A stretch of 64,000 nt of DNA from an uncultured Elusimicrobiaceae bacterium (GTDB lineage Bacteria; Elusimicrobiota; Elusimicrobia; Elusimicrobiales; UBA9959): positions 10,869-74,868 of the forward strand of contig CAYPYG010000007.1 in NCBI GenBank assembly GCA_964415175.1, given 5' to 3'. The notes under the pieces were generated by a model. That model saw only the letters and a list, made by a program, of their open reading frames with translations, searched no databases and was not told the origin of the DNA. Each line of letters opens with the position of its first letter. The first letter of the stretch is position 1. Below, piece by piece: positions 54,872 through 64,000 of this stretch. A program made the translations under genes and the position numbers.

Positions 54872-56103
54872 GGGCGGAAGCGGAACTCCTCTGCACCGGG
54901 TCCGAACTCGTCTCGTCCAGGGTCAGCCTGTACTCCCCGCTGTTCGCGGCCAGGCTGCGCGGACTGGGCGTAAAACTGCGGGCCGAACGCTCCCTGCGCG
55001 ACGACAGGGGCCTCATCGCCCGTTCCATCCGCGAGGCGATGGCCTCCTGCCCGCTGGTGATAACCTGCGGAGGGCTGGGCCCCACTTTCGACGACCTTAC
55101 CAGGCAGGCCGCGGCCGCCGCGCTGGGACTGCGCCTGCGCGTTTCCGCCGATTGCGAGGCCGAACTGCGCCGCCGGTACTCGCTGGAGAAGCTGCCGCCC
55201 AACATGGCGGACCAGGCGCTCATACTGGAAGGGGCCCGCGTCCTGCCGAACCGCAACGGCACGGCCTTCGGACAGGTGATAAAGCGGGGAGGCCGCATGC
55301 TGGTACTGCTGCCGGGGCCGCTGCGGGAATGGGAGCCGATGTTCGGCGACGGCCTGGCGGAGGAGATCTCGTCCTTTTTCGGCGTAAAGCCCGGCACCGT
55401 GCTCTCCGCCCGCCTTAAAGCCGCGGGGCTGCGCGAGGTGCAGGCCGAAAAGCTGCTGAAGCCCGTGCTGCGGCGCTTCCGCGGCGCCGACTTCACGATA
55501 CTCGCCGGCGCCGACGAGATCGAGTTCGCGTTCACGGTGTCGGGCCGCACCCCGGCGCTGGCGGCCCGCAGGCTCGCCGCCGTGAAAAAAGCCGCGCGGC
55601 GGGCGCTGGGCGGCGCCGTCTACTCGGAGACCGGCGAGAGCAGGCAGCAGGCGCTGGGCCGTCTCCTGCGCGCCAGGGGAGCGACGCTCGCCCTCGCGGA
55701 GTCGTGCACGGGGGGACTGGCCTCCAAGCTGATGACCGACGAGGCGGGGAGTTCCGATATCTTCCTCGGCGGCGTGACCGCCTATTCGAACGCCTCCAAG
55801 ACGAGGCTGCTCGGGGTCGGCCCCGCGCTGCTCGGGCGCAGCGGGGCCGTTTCCGCGGAATGCGCGGCCGCGATGGCCAGGGGCGCGCGGCGGGTCTTCG
55901 GCTCCGATTACGCGGGGGCCGTTACGGGCATAGCGGGCCCCGCGGGGGGAACGCCGGAGAAGCCCGCCGGGACGGTCTTCTTCGGAATAGCCGGTCCGCG
56001 CGGGACCTCGTCCCACGGGGCGCTTTTCAGGGGGACCCGCGAACATATAAGGCTCTGTTCGGCCAACCGGCTTTTAGACCTGCTCTCAAAAATAATAGAA
56101 TAG
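54868..56103 (+). CDS. cinA: CinA-family protein (MoCF-like domain + nicotinamide-nucleotide amidohydrolase PncC domain)
   Basis: 411 aa. LLCTGSEL, ITCGGLGPTFDDLT, a C-terminal ESCTGG and GIAGP motifs. Confidence 0.88.
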   Translation: MRAEAELLCTGSELVSSRVSLYSPLFAARLRGLGVKLRAERSLRDDRGLIARSIREAMASCPLVITCGGLGPTFDDLTRQAAAAALGLRLRVSADCEAELRRRYSLEKLPPNMADQALILEGARVLPNRNGTAFGQVIKRGGRMLVLLPGPLREWEPMFGDGLAEEISSFFGVKPGTVLSARLKAAGLREVQAEKLLKPVLRRFRGADFTILAGADEIEFAFTVSGRTPALAARRLAAVKKAARRALGGAVYSETGESRQQALGRLLRARGATLALAESCTGGLASKLMTDEAGSSDIFLGGVTAYSNASKTRLLGVGPALLGRSGAVSAECAAAMARGARRVFGSDYAGAVTGIAGPAGGTPEKPAGTVFFGIAGPRGTSSHGALFRGTREHIRLCSANRLLDLLSKIIE

Positions 56104-56140
56104 GGCGCTTCCCGAAAAGACTTCGCCCAAGGAGACCCAG

Positions 56141-56698
56141 ATGAAATTCAGCCCCAGCGCCATCCTGCTTCCCGCCGCCTTCCTGGCGGCCGCCTGCGGC
56201 AACGCGCCGGAACCGGCGCAACCCCTTGAAAAAGTCGCCGAGACGAGCGTGGAAGCCTCCCCTGTTCCCGCCGGCTACGCCAAGGGCCCCACCTATTTCA
56301 ACCTCCCCGACCATAAGGGAGGGCGGCTCGACCTTGCGGCCTACGCCGGCAAGCCCGTAATGCTCATGTTCTTCACCGAAACCTGCCCCTACTGCCGCAA
56401 GGCCGCGCCCTTCGTCCAGAAGCTTCACCAGGAATACGCCGGGAAGGGACTCGCCGTAATGGCAGCGGCCCAGGAGCGCGAGGCCGCCCCGGCCGGGAGG
56501 TTCGTAAAGGATTTCGGCATCACCTTCCCGATAGCGTACGACGCGGCCCCCGTGGCGCGAGCTTATCAGACCCGCGGCGTCCCGTACCTCTTCCTGCTCG
56601 ACAGGGAACACAAGGTCCACAACCTCTGGGCGGGCTACGACCCGTCTTTCGACGCCGAGATACGCAAGTCGGTGGACGAAGTGCTGAACGCGAAGTAG
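56141..56698 (+). CDS. TlpA/redoxin-like thiol:disulfide oxidoreductase lipoprotein
   Basis: 185 aa. Lipobox LAAAC, and the thioredoxin-fold active site ETCPYC. Confidence 0.75.
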   Translation: MKFSPSAILLPAAFLAAACGNAPEPAQPLEKVAETSVEASPVPAGYAKGPTYFNLPDHKGGRLDLAAYAGKPVMLMFFTETCPYCRKAAPFVQKLHQEYAGKGLAVMAAAQEREAAPAGRFVKDFGITFPIAYDAAPVARAYQTRGVPYLFLLDREHKVHNLWAGYDPSFDAEIRKSVDEVLNAK

Positions 56699-56723
56699 CG
56701 CGGGACCCGGGAGCGACCCCCTG

Positions 56724-57830
56724 ATGTCAGTTACGATAAAAAAGGGCAGCATACTGGTCCACCGCGTCTACGACGTGGCCGGCGAGATAGACCTCGCGGC
56801 GGCCGAAAAGCTCCTCTCGGCCGGAACGACCAGCTCGAGATTCAGCCTGCGTACGGACACCAGGCGCGCCATCATAATCAAGGAGGCGCCTCTGCAGGTG
56901 CCGCTGGGCCGCGAGACCCTGCGCGTCAACGGAGGCCTGGAAGCCGAGATCAACGCCAAGCTCTGGAATTACGGCGTCATCTCCGTCACCCTCGAACTGC
57001 CCATGCCGGCCGGGATCCGCTGGGAGGAACTGGTCGCGCTGGCGGACGCGCTCGAGGAATCCGACGAACCGGACGCGCTGGCCCTGAAGCACAGGGACGC
57101 GCTCAAGTCCCGCGTAGGGACGGCCCTGAAACAGGCCTCGGACTGGGGGACCGCCGAGGATTACATCACCTACATAATAAACGAGGCCGACGGCGTCTCG
57201 GGCCCGCTGGACCTGCTGGAGAAAGCCGACGTCCCTTCGCTGCTGCTGGCCGAGAACAGGGAGCGGCTCTCGCGCAATTCCGAGAACTTCATAATGGAGA
57301 ACGTCCTGCAGTACGGGGAAGGGGACCTGGCGGTCATAGACTGGAACTCGGCCCTGCTCGTGGAACCCGGGGACCAGCGCGACGTGGCCGACGTCATCGA
57401 GTTCTCGCTCAGCCACCTGCTGGAGTTCCGCTACTACGACGACAAGCTCAGCGCCAAACTGGACCTGCTCTACGACGCCATAGAGGGCAAGCGGGAGAAC
57501 ACCTGGAACTTCTTCCGCAACTTCTACGCCGACATCGCCGAGGAGGCCAGCCGGCAGTACATGGAGTTCTCGGAGTTCCTCGAACGCATAGAGAACTCGC
57601 TCAAGACCGTCGGCGACCCCTACCTCGCGACGGTGTTCAGGGCTTCCGCCCACCAGTTCCGCTTCGACGACTGGCGCAAGAACATCTCCCGCAAGATGGA
57701 CAACCTGGCGCAGATAACCCAGATGCTGCAGATAGAAGTGAACTCCAGGCGGGGGCACCTGCTGGAGACCATCATAATCCTGCTGATAGCGCTGGAGATA
57801 ATCCCCGTCTTCTACGACGCCTTCAGGTAA
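56724..57830 (+). CDS. RMD1/DUF155-like protein with a C-terminal TM helix
   Basis: 368 aa, soluble, ending in HLLETIIILLIALEIIPVFY, which resembles the conserved RMD1-family C-terminal helix. The assignment is tentative. Confidence 0.45.
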   Translation: MSVTIKKGSILVHRVYDVAGEIDLAAAEKLLSAGTTSSRFSLRTDTRRAIIIKEAPLQVPLGRETLRVNGGLEAEINAKLWNYGVISVTLELPMPAGIRWEELVALADALEESDEPDALALKHRDALKSRVGTALKQASDWGTAEDYITYIINEADGVSGPLDLLEKADVPSLLLAENRERLSRNSENFIMENVLQYGEGDLAVIDWNSALLVEPGDQRDVADVIEFSLSHLLEFRYYDDKLSAKLDLLYDAIEGKRENTWNFFRNFYADIAEEASRQYMEFSEFLERIENSLKTVGDPYLATVFRASAHQFRFDDWRKNISRKMDNLAQITQMLQIEVNSRRGHLLETIIILLIALEIIPVFYDAFR

Positions 57831-57836
57831 AGCGCG

Positions 57837-59045
57837 TCAGTTCCCGAAAGCTTCCGGAAGCAGGCTCCTGGCCGCGGCCAGGAAGGCGCTCTTGTCGCGC
57901 ACCGGGGGACCGCCGCCGGAACGGTGCTTTATCGCCAGGAAATTGACGTACCGGCCGTTGGCGCGGACACGAAAATCCAGGTGGGGGCCGCTCGAAAGGC
58001 CGGAGGAACCGACGTAGGCTATGACATCGCCCTGCTTCACCCGTTTGCCGCGCTTCAGGCCCCGGGCGTAGCGGCTCAGGTGTCCGTAGGTCGTCACGTA
58101 GCCCAGAGCGTGGCGAACCTCGACGTAGCGCCCGTAGCCGCCCTTCCAGCCGACGAAGGCCACGACCCCGTCGGCCACCGAAGAGACCGGCGTACCCGCC
58201 GGGGCCGCGTAGTCGATACCGAGGTGCGGCCTGACTATCTTAAGTATCGGATGGCGGCGGGCCTTGCTGAAATACGAAGAGATCCGGCGGTATTGCAGCG
58301 GAGCGCGCAGGAAAAGGCTGCGCAGCGACTCTCCCTTCTCATCGTAGTAGCCGTCCCCGTGCCGGAAAGCGAACTTGCGCCCGGTCTCCTTCCCGTCGTA
58401 GACCCCCGCCAGGATCTTCCTGCCGGCGCTGCGCCCGTTCTCGGCCGTGCGCTGTTCGTAGACGAGCTCGTAGGAGTCTCCCTCCCGGACTTCGGTCAGG
58501 AAGTCCACGGACCAGGAGAAGATGTCGGCGAAATCCAGTATGGTCCCGTCCGGCACGCCCGAGGTGCTCATCGACTCCCAGAGCGAGGAGGAGATCGAGC
58601 CCTTCACGCGCAGCGTCTCCTCCGTTACGGAAAGGGACGAGACGGAAAGCTCGTACCCCTTTTCCGAGGGCCTGACCACGTAGCGGGAAAGCCCTTTCAG
58701 GACATAGGCGTTGACCAGGGCGCCGGAAGTGGAGAGGACCACCCCGTACTCGTCGGAGGGGGAAAGCCTGCGCAGGTTCAGCTTTTTCCGCAGGGCGGCC
58801 GAGATCCCGGCGGTCTCCGCCGGCGGCAGGCCGGCCGCCGACATGTGGGATGAAAGCATCCCGGTGACGGGGCCGCTGGAGATGACGAAGAGCGGAGGCG
58901 AAGGGCGGAAGATGGCCCCTCTCCCGGCGATGAAGAGCCCCGCCAGGACGACGGCGGCCGCGGCGATGGCGAAGACCGCCGCGGTCCTCTCCCCGCGCGC
59001 CGCCCGCGCGGCGGTCCGGCGCATGCGTTTCCAGATCCCTCTCAT
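57837..59045 (-). CDS. M23-family metallopeptidase (membrane anchored)
   Basis: Start at MRGIWKRM (ATG 59045). An N-terminal TM, then HLGIDYAAPAGTPV and GSSGLSSGPHLDFRV (HxxxD and HxH-type M23 motifs). The upstream part of ORF 57837-60200 is run-through. Confidence 0.85.
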   Translation of the reverse strand: MRGIWKRMRRTAARAARGERTAAVFAIAAAAVVLAGLFIAGRGAIFRPSPPLFVISSGPVTGMLSSHMSAAGLPPAETAGISAALRKKLNLRRLSPSDEYGVVLSTSGALVNAYVLKGLSRYVVRPSEKGYELSVSSLSVTEETLRVKGSISSSLWESMSTSGVPDGTILDFADIFSWSVDFLTEVREGDSYELVYEQRTAENGRSAGRKILAGVYDGKETGRKFAFRHGDGYYDEKGESLRSLFLRAPLQYRRISSYFSKARRHPILKIVRPHLGIDYAAPAGTPVSSVADGVVAFVGWKGGYGRYVEVRHALGYVTTYGHLSRYARGLKRGKRVKQGDVIAYVGSSGLSSGPHLDFRVRANGRYVNFLAIKHRSGGGPPVRDKSAFLAAARSLLPEAFGN

Positions 59046-60541
59046 CAGCAGTAGAGGTACTCGTCCACGAGCTTGCGGATCTCCTCTTCCTTGCCGAAGA
59101 GGCGCTCGCTGAGATTGCGGTCGTCGAAGGCCCGGAGGCGGGCGGCTATGCCGTCTATGGACTGCGCGGTGAAGATCCCGCGCTCCTCGAAAGCCGCCCG
59201 GGACTTCTCCAGGCATTCGGCCGACTCGCTGCAGGAGGCGGGGAGCTTGGGCAGCTTTTCCAGCAGCGAGGCGTGGGCCTTGTCGTGGATGTTCTTGTCC
59301 ACGAAGAACTTCTCGGCGTACTCCAGCGCGTCCTTCCGCTCGAAACCGCGGCGGGCCGCGACGCAGAGCCCGGCCATCAGGAAGTGAAGGCTGGCGGAGC
59401 CGTCGGCGGAACGAAACTCCACCGTCTGAGAGGGTTCCAGCCGGGGGGCTTCGCAGCCGGGGTTGGCGTCCCTGACCATCCCGGCCGCGTCGCTCCAGCC
59501 CAGCGGTATGCGGACCAGCGCCGAGCGGTTGCGGTAGGCCCAGCAGACGGTGGTGGGCGCCTCCTGGTGCGGCACCAGCCGGAGGTAGGAAGTGGGGACG
59601 GTGTTGCCGAAGGCGGTCATGGGGGCCGCCAGTTCCATTAAGCCGGCTATCAGCTTGCGGGCGGGGACCGAAAGCCCTCCTTTCTCCTGCATCGCGTTCT
59701 TCCCGTTCTTCAGCAGGCAGGTGTGCACGTGCATGCCGGAGCCGGCGTGGCCGATGGAGATCTTCGGGGCGAAGGAGATCGTGACGCCGTACTTGTGGCC
59801 GATGGCGGAGAGCATCCACTTCGACATGGCCAGCTGCTCGGCGGCTTCGGAGGCCGGCACCGGAAGGAACTCTATCTCCTGCTGCGCCATCTCGGAATCC
59901 GCGCCGCGTATCAGGCCCACTTCGGAATGCCCGTACTTGATGCGGCCGCCCGCCTCGGCGATCGCCGCCATGGCCTCGGTCCGCAGGCCCTCCCACTTGG
60001 CGAAGGGATGGGCCTCGTGATAGCCCCTCTGGGCGGCGGCGGGGTAGAGCATGTCCTTCTGGGCGATGACGTAGTATTCGAGTTCGCCCAGCGCGTGGAA
60101 CTCGTAGCCGGTGACCCTGGTGAATTCCGCCTCGGCCCGGCGCAGCACCTCGGCCGGAGAACCCGCGAAGGGACGGCCGTCGCCGGTATAGAAGGAGCAC
60201 ATGATGTCCAGCGCCGGGATAGCGGAGAAGGGGTTGACGAAGGCGGTGCGGTAACGCGGCACGACGTAGAGGTCGCTGGAGCCCGGGTCTATCATGCCCT
60301 TGAAAAGGCTGGAGCCGTCCACGCGCTCCCCGGCGGAGAGTATGCGGTCCAGGTAGGCCTCGTCGCTGACCATGAAGTTGAGCGTCTTGAGCCGGCCGTC
60401 GCCGGCGACATAGCGGAAATTGACCAGTTTCACCCCGTTCGCCTTGACGTAACGGATTATGTCCTTCCTGGTGAAATCCCTGGGTTCCTTGTCGAGGAAA
60501 GCCGCTATCCTGCTGGAGTATATTTTACGGGCGGGGGGCAT
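59045..60541 (-). CDS. glutamine synthetase family protein (about 500 aa)
   Basis: An N-terminal beta-grasp (VKLVNFRYVAGDGRLKTL) and a catalytic domain with GELEYY, GHSEVG, GSGMHVH and RIPLG. The stop shares one nt with the M23 start (TGATG). Confidence 0.8.
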   Translation of the reverse strand: MPPARKIYSSRIAAFLDKEPRDFTRKDIIRYVKANGVKLVNFRYVAGDGRLKTLNFMVSDEAYLDRILSAGERVDGSSLFKGMIDPGSSDLYVVPRYRTAFVNPFSAIPALDIMCSFYTGDGRPFAGSPAEVLRRAEAEFTRVTGYEFHALGELEYYVIAQKDMLYPAAAQRGYHEAHPFAKWEGLRTEAMAAIAEAGGRIKYGHSEVGLIRGADSEMAQQEIEFLPVPASEAAEQLAMSKWMLSAIGHKYGVTISFAPKISIGHAGSGMHVHTCLLKNGKNAMQEKGGLSVPARKLIAGLMELAAPMTAFGNTVPTSYLRLVPHQEAPTTVCWAYRNRSALVRIPLGWSDAAGMVRDANPGCEAPRLEPSQTVEFRSADGSASLHFLMAGLCVAARRGFERKDALEYAEKFFVDKNIHDKAHASLLEKLPKLPASCSESAECLEKSRAAFEERGIFTAQSIDGIAARLRAFDDRNLSERLFGKEEEIRKLVDEYLYC

Positions 60542-60616
60542 TTTCCGTCCTCCTTTAAAAATCGCCGGCTTTAAATCTTACAAACTTTTGGCGCGGGGTA
60601 GAACCCCGTCCTTATT

Positions 60617-62125
60617 TTGTATCATGGGCGGGACATGGCCCGCACCGATACGCTGGACGCTCTGGAAAGGACGATCGACGGTCTGATGAAGGCCGGCAGG
60701 CCGGGGGACGCGGTACGGCTGGCTTCCGCGGCCGCGCTGAAAGTTCCCTCCAGTCACCGCGCGGCGCAGATCCTGGAAAAAACGCTGAGCCGGGGCGGGG
60801 ACCGTAAGACCGCGGAAAGGGTCTACGCCGGCCTCCTCTCCGCCGGCGGGGCGGGCTCCGAGCATTACTACAATCTCGCCATGTTCCGTAAGCGGGACGG
60901 GGACCAGGATGGGATGCGCGCCGCTTTCGAGGACCTTTTAGCCGCCGCCGGGGGCGCTCCGACCGTGCACTCCTACATCGCCCTCTGCTCGCTCGACCGT
61001 TACGCCGAAGCCTTCGCCGCCGCGGAGCGGATAAGCGAGGCTCCGCCGTCCGGAGAGCCGCTGCTCTCCCGGCTCTGGAACCCGTGGGGGGACCGCTCCA
61101 CCATCCTCCCGGCGGACTTCATACCCGGGCGCCTGAGAGCCCTGCGCAGGGCGCCGCTCCCTCCGGAACTGGAGATCTACAGGTCCTTCCTGGCAGGAGC
61201 CATCCGCCTCTACGCCGGTAAGCCGGAGAAGGCCCTGCGGGAGTTCGGGAAGACGCGGCCGGCCCCGGCCGGCCGCCGGGGCTGGATGCGCTTCCCGGAA
61301 GGCTGGGCCGCGCTGCGCCTACGGCTTTTCGCCAGGGCCCGCGCGGCCTTCTCGGCGGCGGCCGCCTCGCCTCTCTCCAGGATACAGTCGCTGTGCAGGC
61401 TGGCCGAGGTCGAGCTCTGCTCCGGGCGGCGGGCCGCGGGTTTCGCTCTTTTCGACAGGGCGCTGCGCGAGGCTCATTTCAGCCACCTGCCGGGGCTGCG
61501 CGCCTGGAAAGGCCAGATGCTCCTTTTCACCGGCCGTTACGCGGAAGCGGAAAAGCTGCTCGCCGAAGCGGGACGCGCGAGCGACGACGCGGCCTGGTGC
61601 TGGCGCGGCGCGGCGCTGGCGCGCCTGGGCAGGCTGAGGGAAGCGCTCTCGGAGCTCGACAAGGCCGTCAGCCTTTTCCCGACGGACCTGGAGGCCCTGG
61701 TCTGGCGCGGGGAAGTGCTGCGCCTGCTGGGGCGTTACCGCGACTGCGCCGCGGACCAGTCGGCCGTGCTGCGGAAAAGGCCGGGCTACCCCTGGGCCCT
61801 GGTGAACAGGGGACTTTGCAGGCTCGCTCTGGGCGACGGCGCCGGGGCCGTGAAGGACTACTGCGCCCTCGACGCGGAAATGCGGGGCTTCCTGGAGCGG
61901 GTCGTGAAGAAAAAGGACGGGGAATGCGGCCCGGAACGCACCGGAAGGATGCTGGGTGAAGCCTGCCGCCTCGCCCTGGGCGACCGCCGCGACGACCTCT
62001 ATTTCCGCGGCGTCTGGATGCGCGCACCGGGAAAAGGGATTGGACCGGAATCTAAATTGTATAATCGTTGCGATGCCGGCACGGGCGTCAAAAAAGGTGG
62101 ACAAGGGCGGAAGAAGTCTTTATGA
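60617..62125 (+). CDS. TPR-repeat protein
   Basis: 502 aa, Ala/Leu/Arg-rich with repeated W..G.AL..LGR..EAL..LD.A..L.P TPR-like units. The start could be ATG 60635. Confidence 0.7.
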   Translation: MYHGRDMARTDTLDALERTIDGLMKAGRPGDAVRLASAAALKVPSSHRAAQILEKTLSRGGDRKTAERVYAGLLSAGGAGSEHYYNLAMFRKRDGDQDGMRAAFEDLLAAAGGAPTVHSYIALCSLDRYAEAFAAAERISEAPPSGEPLLSRLWNPWGDRSTILPADFIPGRLRALRRAPLPPELEIYRSFLAGAIRLYAGKPEKALREFGKTRPAPAGRRGWMRFPEGWAALRLRLFARARAAFSAAAASPLSRIQSLCRLAEVELCSGRRAAGFALFDRALREAHFSHLPGLRAWKGQMLLFTGRYAEAEKLLAEAGRASDDAAWCWRGAALARLGRLREALSELDKAVSLFPTDLEALVWRGEVLRLLGRYRDCAADQSAVLRKRPGYPWALVNRGLCRLALGDGAGAVKDYCALDAEMRGFLERVVKKKDGECGPERTGRMLGEACRLALGDRRDDLYFRGVWMRAPGKGIGPESKLYNRCDAGTGVKKGGQGRKKSL

Positions 62126-63702
62126 AAAGAACCATCATCGCGGGTGCGCTGGCCATGACGTTTTTTCCCGGCGTGGCGAAGGCTGAGAGCGAAATACATT
62201 TCTCCAATGAGTTGTCCGCGACCCACAACTCGATCAGCGGGCCGGGGAAGAAAAACTCCTCGCTGACCGGAGGCCTCAATTTCCTCGACACGCTCAGCGC
62301 CTACGGCAGCGGTTCAACGGAGAAAGGCTGGGAGTACAGCTACAACACGGGGATCAAGGCGACGGACGATCCGCGCATGGACGCAAAAAAAGTCTCGCTG
62401 ACCAGCCTCCAGGGCCGTCTTACCGACAAGACCCACACGCTCTCCGCGGGCGACGTATTCGAGTCATTTTCACAGTACTCGCTGGCCTCTTCGCTCAAGG
62501 GCGGCGCCTACAAGTTCCTGAAGGACGGCTCGGGACTGCCGGAACTGACGGCGGTCTTCGGCTGGGCCTACCCGCGCTGGGACAGTCTCTGGCGGGACCC
62601 GGACACCCGGACGGTCAAGCGTCAGGTCTGGGGCTCCAGGCTAAAGAAAGACCTCCTTACAGACCTCAGCGCCGGGATAAGCATGGTGGGGGTGAAGGAC
62701 ACCGACAGACAGTCGGCCGGCGACAGCAAATATGACGGCTCCAACCTGACGCTCGACCTCGCCTACGATCCGATACCGGGACTGACCATCACCGGCGAGC
62801 ATTCGCGCTCCGACTACGACGAAAGGACCGGCGGGACTTCGGACAAGGGCACGGCTACCCGGGTAGAGGCCGTCGGCGACACCGACCCCAGCCGGGTCTC
62901 GATGGAATACGAGCGCGTCGAGCCGGATTTCCTTTCGCCGATGGGCTCCTCCACTCCCGACCGCCTGAAATTCAAGACGAAGTGGCGCTACAAGGCCACG
63001 AAACGCGTGACCGTCAACTCCGGCCTGCTCTGGTACCGCAACAACCTCGACGGCCAACTGGCCGGCACTTCCCGGTTCTGGAAGCCGGAAGTCAGCGTCG
63101 CCGTGAAGCGCCCGCTGGCGGCCAGGCCCTATTCCTTCGCGGACCTCTCCTACAAGTTCGACCGGAAGTACGGCGCCTCGGGCAGCGCCTCGGACCATTA
63201 CCTGAACGCCAACTGGCGCGACCGCTACGGCGAACTGGACCACGACATGAACCTCGGCTATACGATGTACGACGCGAAGGGAGTGCGCGAGGCGGACGAG
63301 GTCAACTTCAACACCTCGCTCAACACCCGCCTGCAGAAGGGCGACTTCGCCTGGAAGCCGTCGCTGAACCTCGGCGCCTGGTACTCCAGCGACGAGCTGA
63401 CCGACTTCGTCGACAAGGTCTACGAGTACTCGCTGGGGCTGGGCTTCGAGGCGCCGGAGAAGAACCTCAACGCCGACCTGCGCTTCGGCAGGAACATGCT
63501 GGAGAAGGAAGACTCGGCCCAGGACGATTCCGGCAGGTTCTTCGCGAACCTCGCGGCCTACTGGCGGCCGGCGGCGCTAAAGGAGAAGATAGGCGACAGC
63601 ACGCTGTTCGTGCGCGCGGGCTTCAACGACTACTCTTTCTCCACCACCTCCCGCAGTTTCCGGGAGAAGATCGTCACTATGGGAATGAACACGGCTTTCT
63701 GA
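62122..63702 (+). CDS. outer-membrane beta-barrel protein
   Basis: ATG 62122 overlaps the TPR stop. Signal peptide MKRTIIAGALAMTFFPGVAKA. Alternating beta-strand pattern. The C-terminal GMNTAF, ending in Phe, is typical of OMPs. Confidence 0.65.
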   Translation: MKRTIIAGALAMTFFPGVAKAESEIHFSNELSATHNSISGPGKKNSSLTGGLNFLDTLSAYGSGSTEKGWEYSYNTGIKATDDPRMDAKKVSLTSLQGRLTDKTHTLSAGDVFESFSQYSLASSLKGGAYKFLKDGSGLPELTAVFGWAYPRWDSLWRDPDTRTVKRQVWGSRLKKDLLTDLSAGISMVGVKDTDRQSAGDSKYDGSNLTLDLAYDPIPGLTITGEHSRSDYDERTGGTSDKGTATRVEAVGDTDPSRVSMEYERVEPDFLSPMGSSTPDRLKFKTKWRYKATKRVTVNSGLLWYRNNLDGQLAGTSRFWKPEVSVAVKRPLAARPYSFADLSYKFDRKYGASGSASDHYLNANWRDRYGELDHDMNLGYTMYDAKGVREADEVNFNTSLNTRLQKGDFAWKPSLNLGAWYSSDELTDFVDKVYEYSLGLGFEAPEKNLNADLRFGRNMLEKEDSAQDDSGRFFANLAAYWRPAALKEKIGDSTLFVRAGFNDYSFSTTSRSFREKIVTMGMNTAF

Positions 63703-63725
63703 GGGGCGACCGGAGGGTAAAACTT

Positions 63726-64000
63726 ATGAAGAAAATAGCGATCTTGTTGGGCGCGGTCCTCCTGGCCGCGGGCACGGCACAGGCCAAGTGGTGGATATTC
63801 GGCAAGGGCGGTGGGGAAGTGGGGCTCAAGTACCTGCACGTCAACGGCCTCTCCGCCGACGAAACGGGCCGCAAGATGACCATTTACCGGGAAACGCTGG
63901 GCCCCGACGGCCTCGTGAAGATAAAGGGCCGCGCGCAGGCCGGCAGGAACAAGGTAGGCAGCGTGCGCGTCTCGATAGACGACAAGGCCACCTGGCAGGA
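63726..64000 (+). CDS. secreted hypothetical protein (5' part; runs off window)
   Basis: My own translation from ATG 63726: MKKIAILLGAVLLAAGTAQAKWWIFGKGG..., open to the window end, with a signal peptide. Not in the ORF track because no stop is present. Confidence 0.5.
   Translation, partial: MKKIAILLGAVLLAAGTAQAKWWIFGKGGGEVGLKYLHVNGLSADETGRKMTIYRETLGPDGLVKIKGRAQAGRNKVGSVRVSIDDKATWQ

Overview
This is a 64-kb chromosomal segment from a visibly GC-rich bacterium (roughly two-thirds G+C by eye, not computed). Outer-membrane barrels and lipoproteins indicate a diderm. About 60 protein-coding genes are densely packed, and many are translationally coupled through ATGA or TGATG junctions.

Recognisable core genes:
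- cydB followed directly by a partial dcw block (murD-ftsW-murG)
- four aminoacyl-tRNA synthetases (hisS, aspS, asnS, tyrS)
- lipA, ppdK, gmk-rpoZ, priA, a family-4 UDG, mltG, thpR, cinA and one tRNA-Ala(CGC)

Accessory-looking parts:
- a Fur-box-controlled six-gene envelope operon (Fur, YtkA-like, OM barrel, FMN_bind-like, MacB-type ABC), divergent from a secreted Cys/His-rich HDC-repeat protein
- a secreted-protein cluster (S1 protease, ankyrin lipoprotein, DUF3750-like, Cys/His hydrolase-like)
- a trehalose island (otsA-otsB-DUF5752-like-treT) next to a cation/proton antiporter
- a 1-kb low-GC methyltransferase islet

I recognised no rRNA, CRISPR array, transposase, integrase or phage gene.

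Observations most worth a second look:
- a tRNA-Ala-derived, T-arm-conserving tRNA-like element co-transcribed with tRNA-Ala
- the Fur-box metal locus
- a ~166-nt nested inverted-repeat element in a convergent intergenic gap
- an SD-sequestering leader upstream of an MBL hydrolase
- a PriA with degenerate helicase motifs
- a recurring GGNCC-TTT-GGNCC intergenic motif
- strong ATA isoleucine codon preference despite the high GC

All family assignments come from reading the translations. No database search was run.
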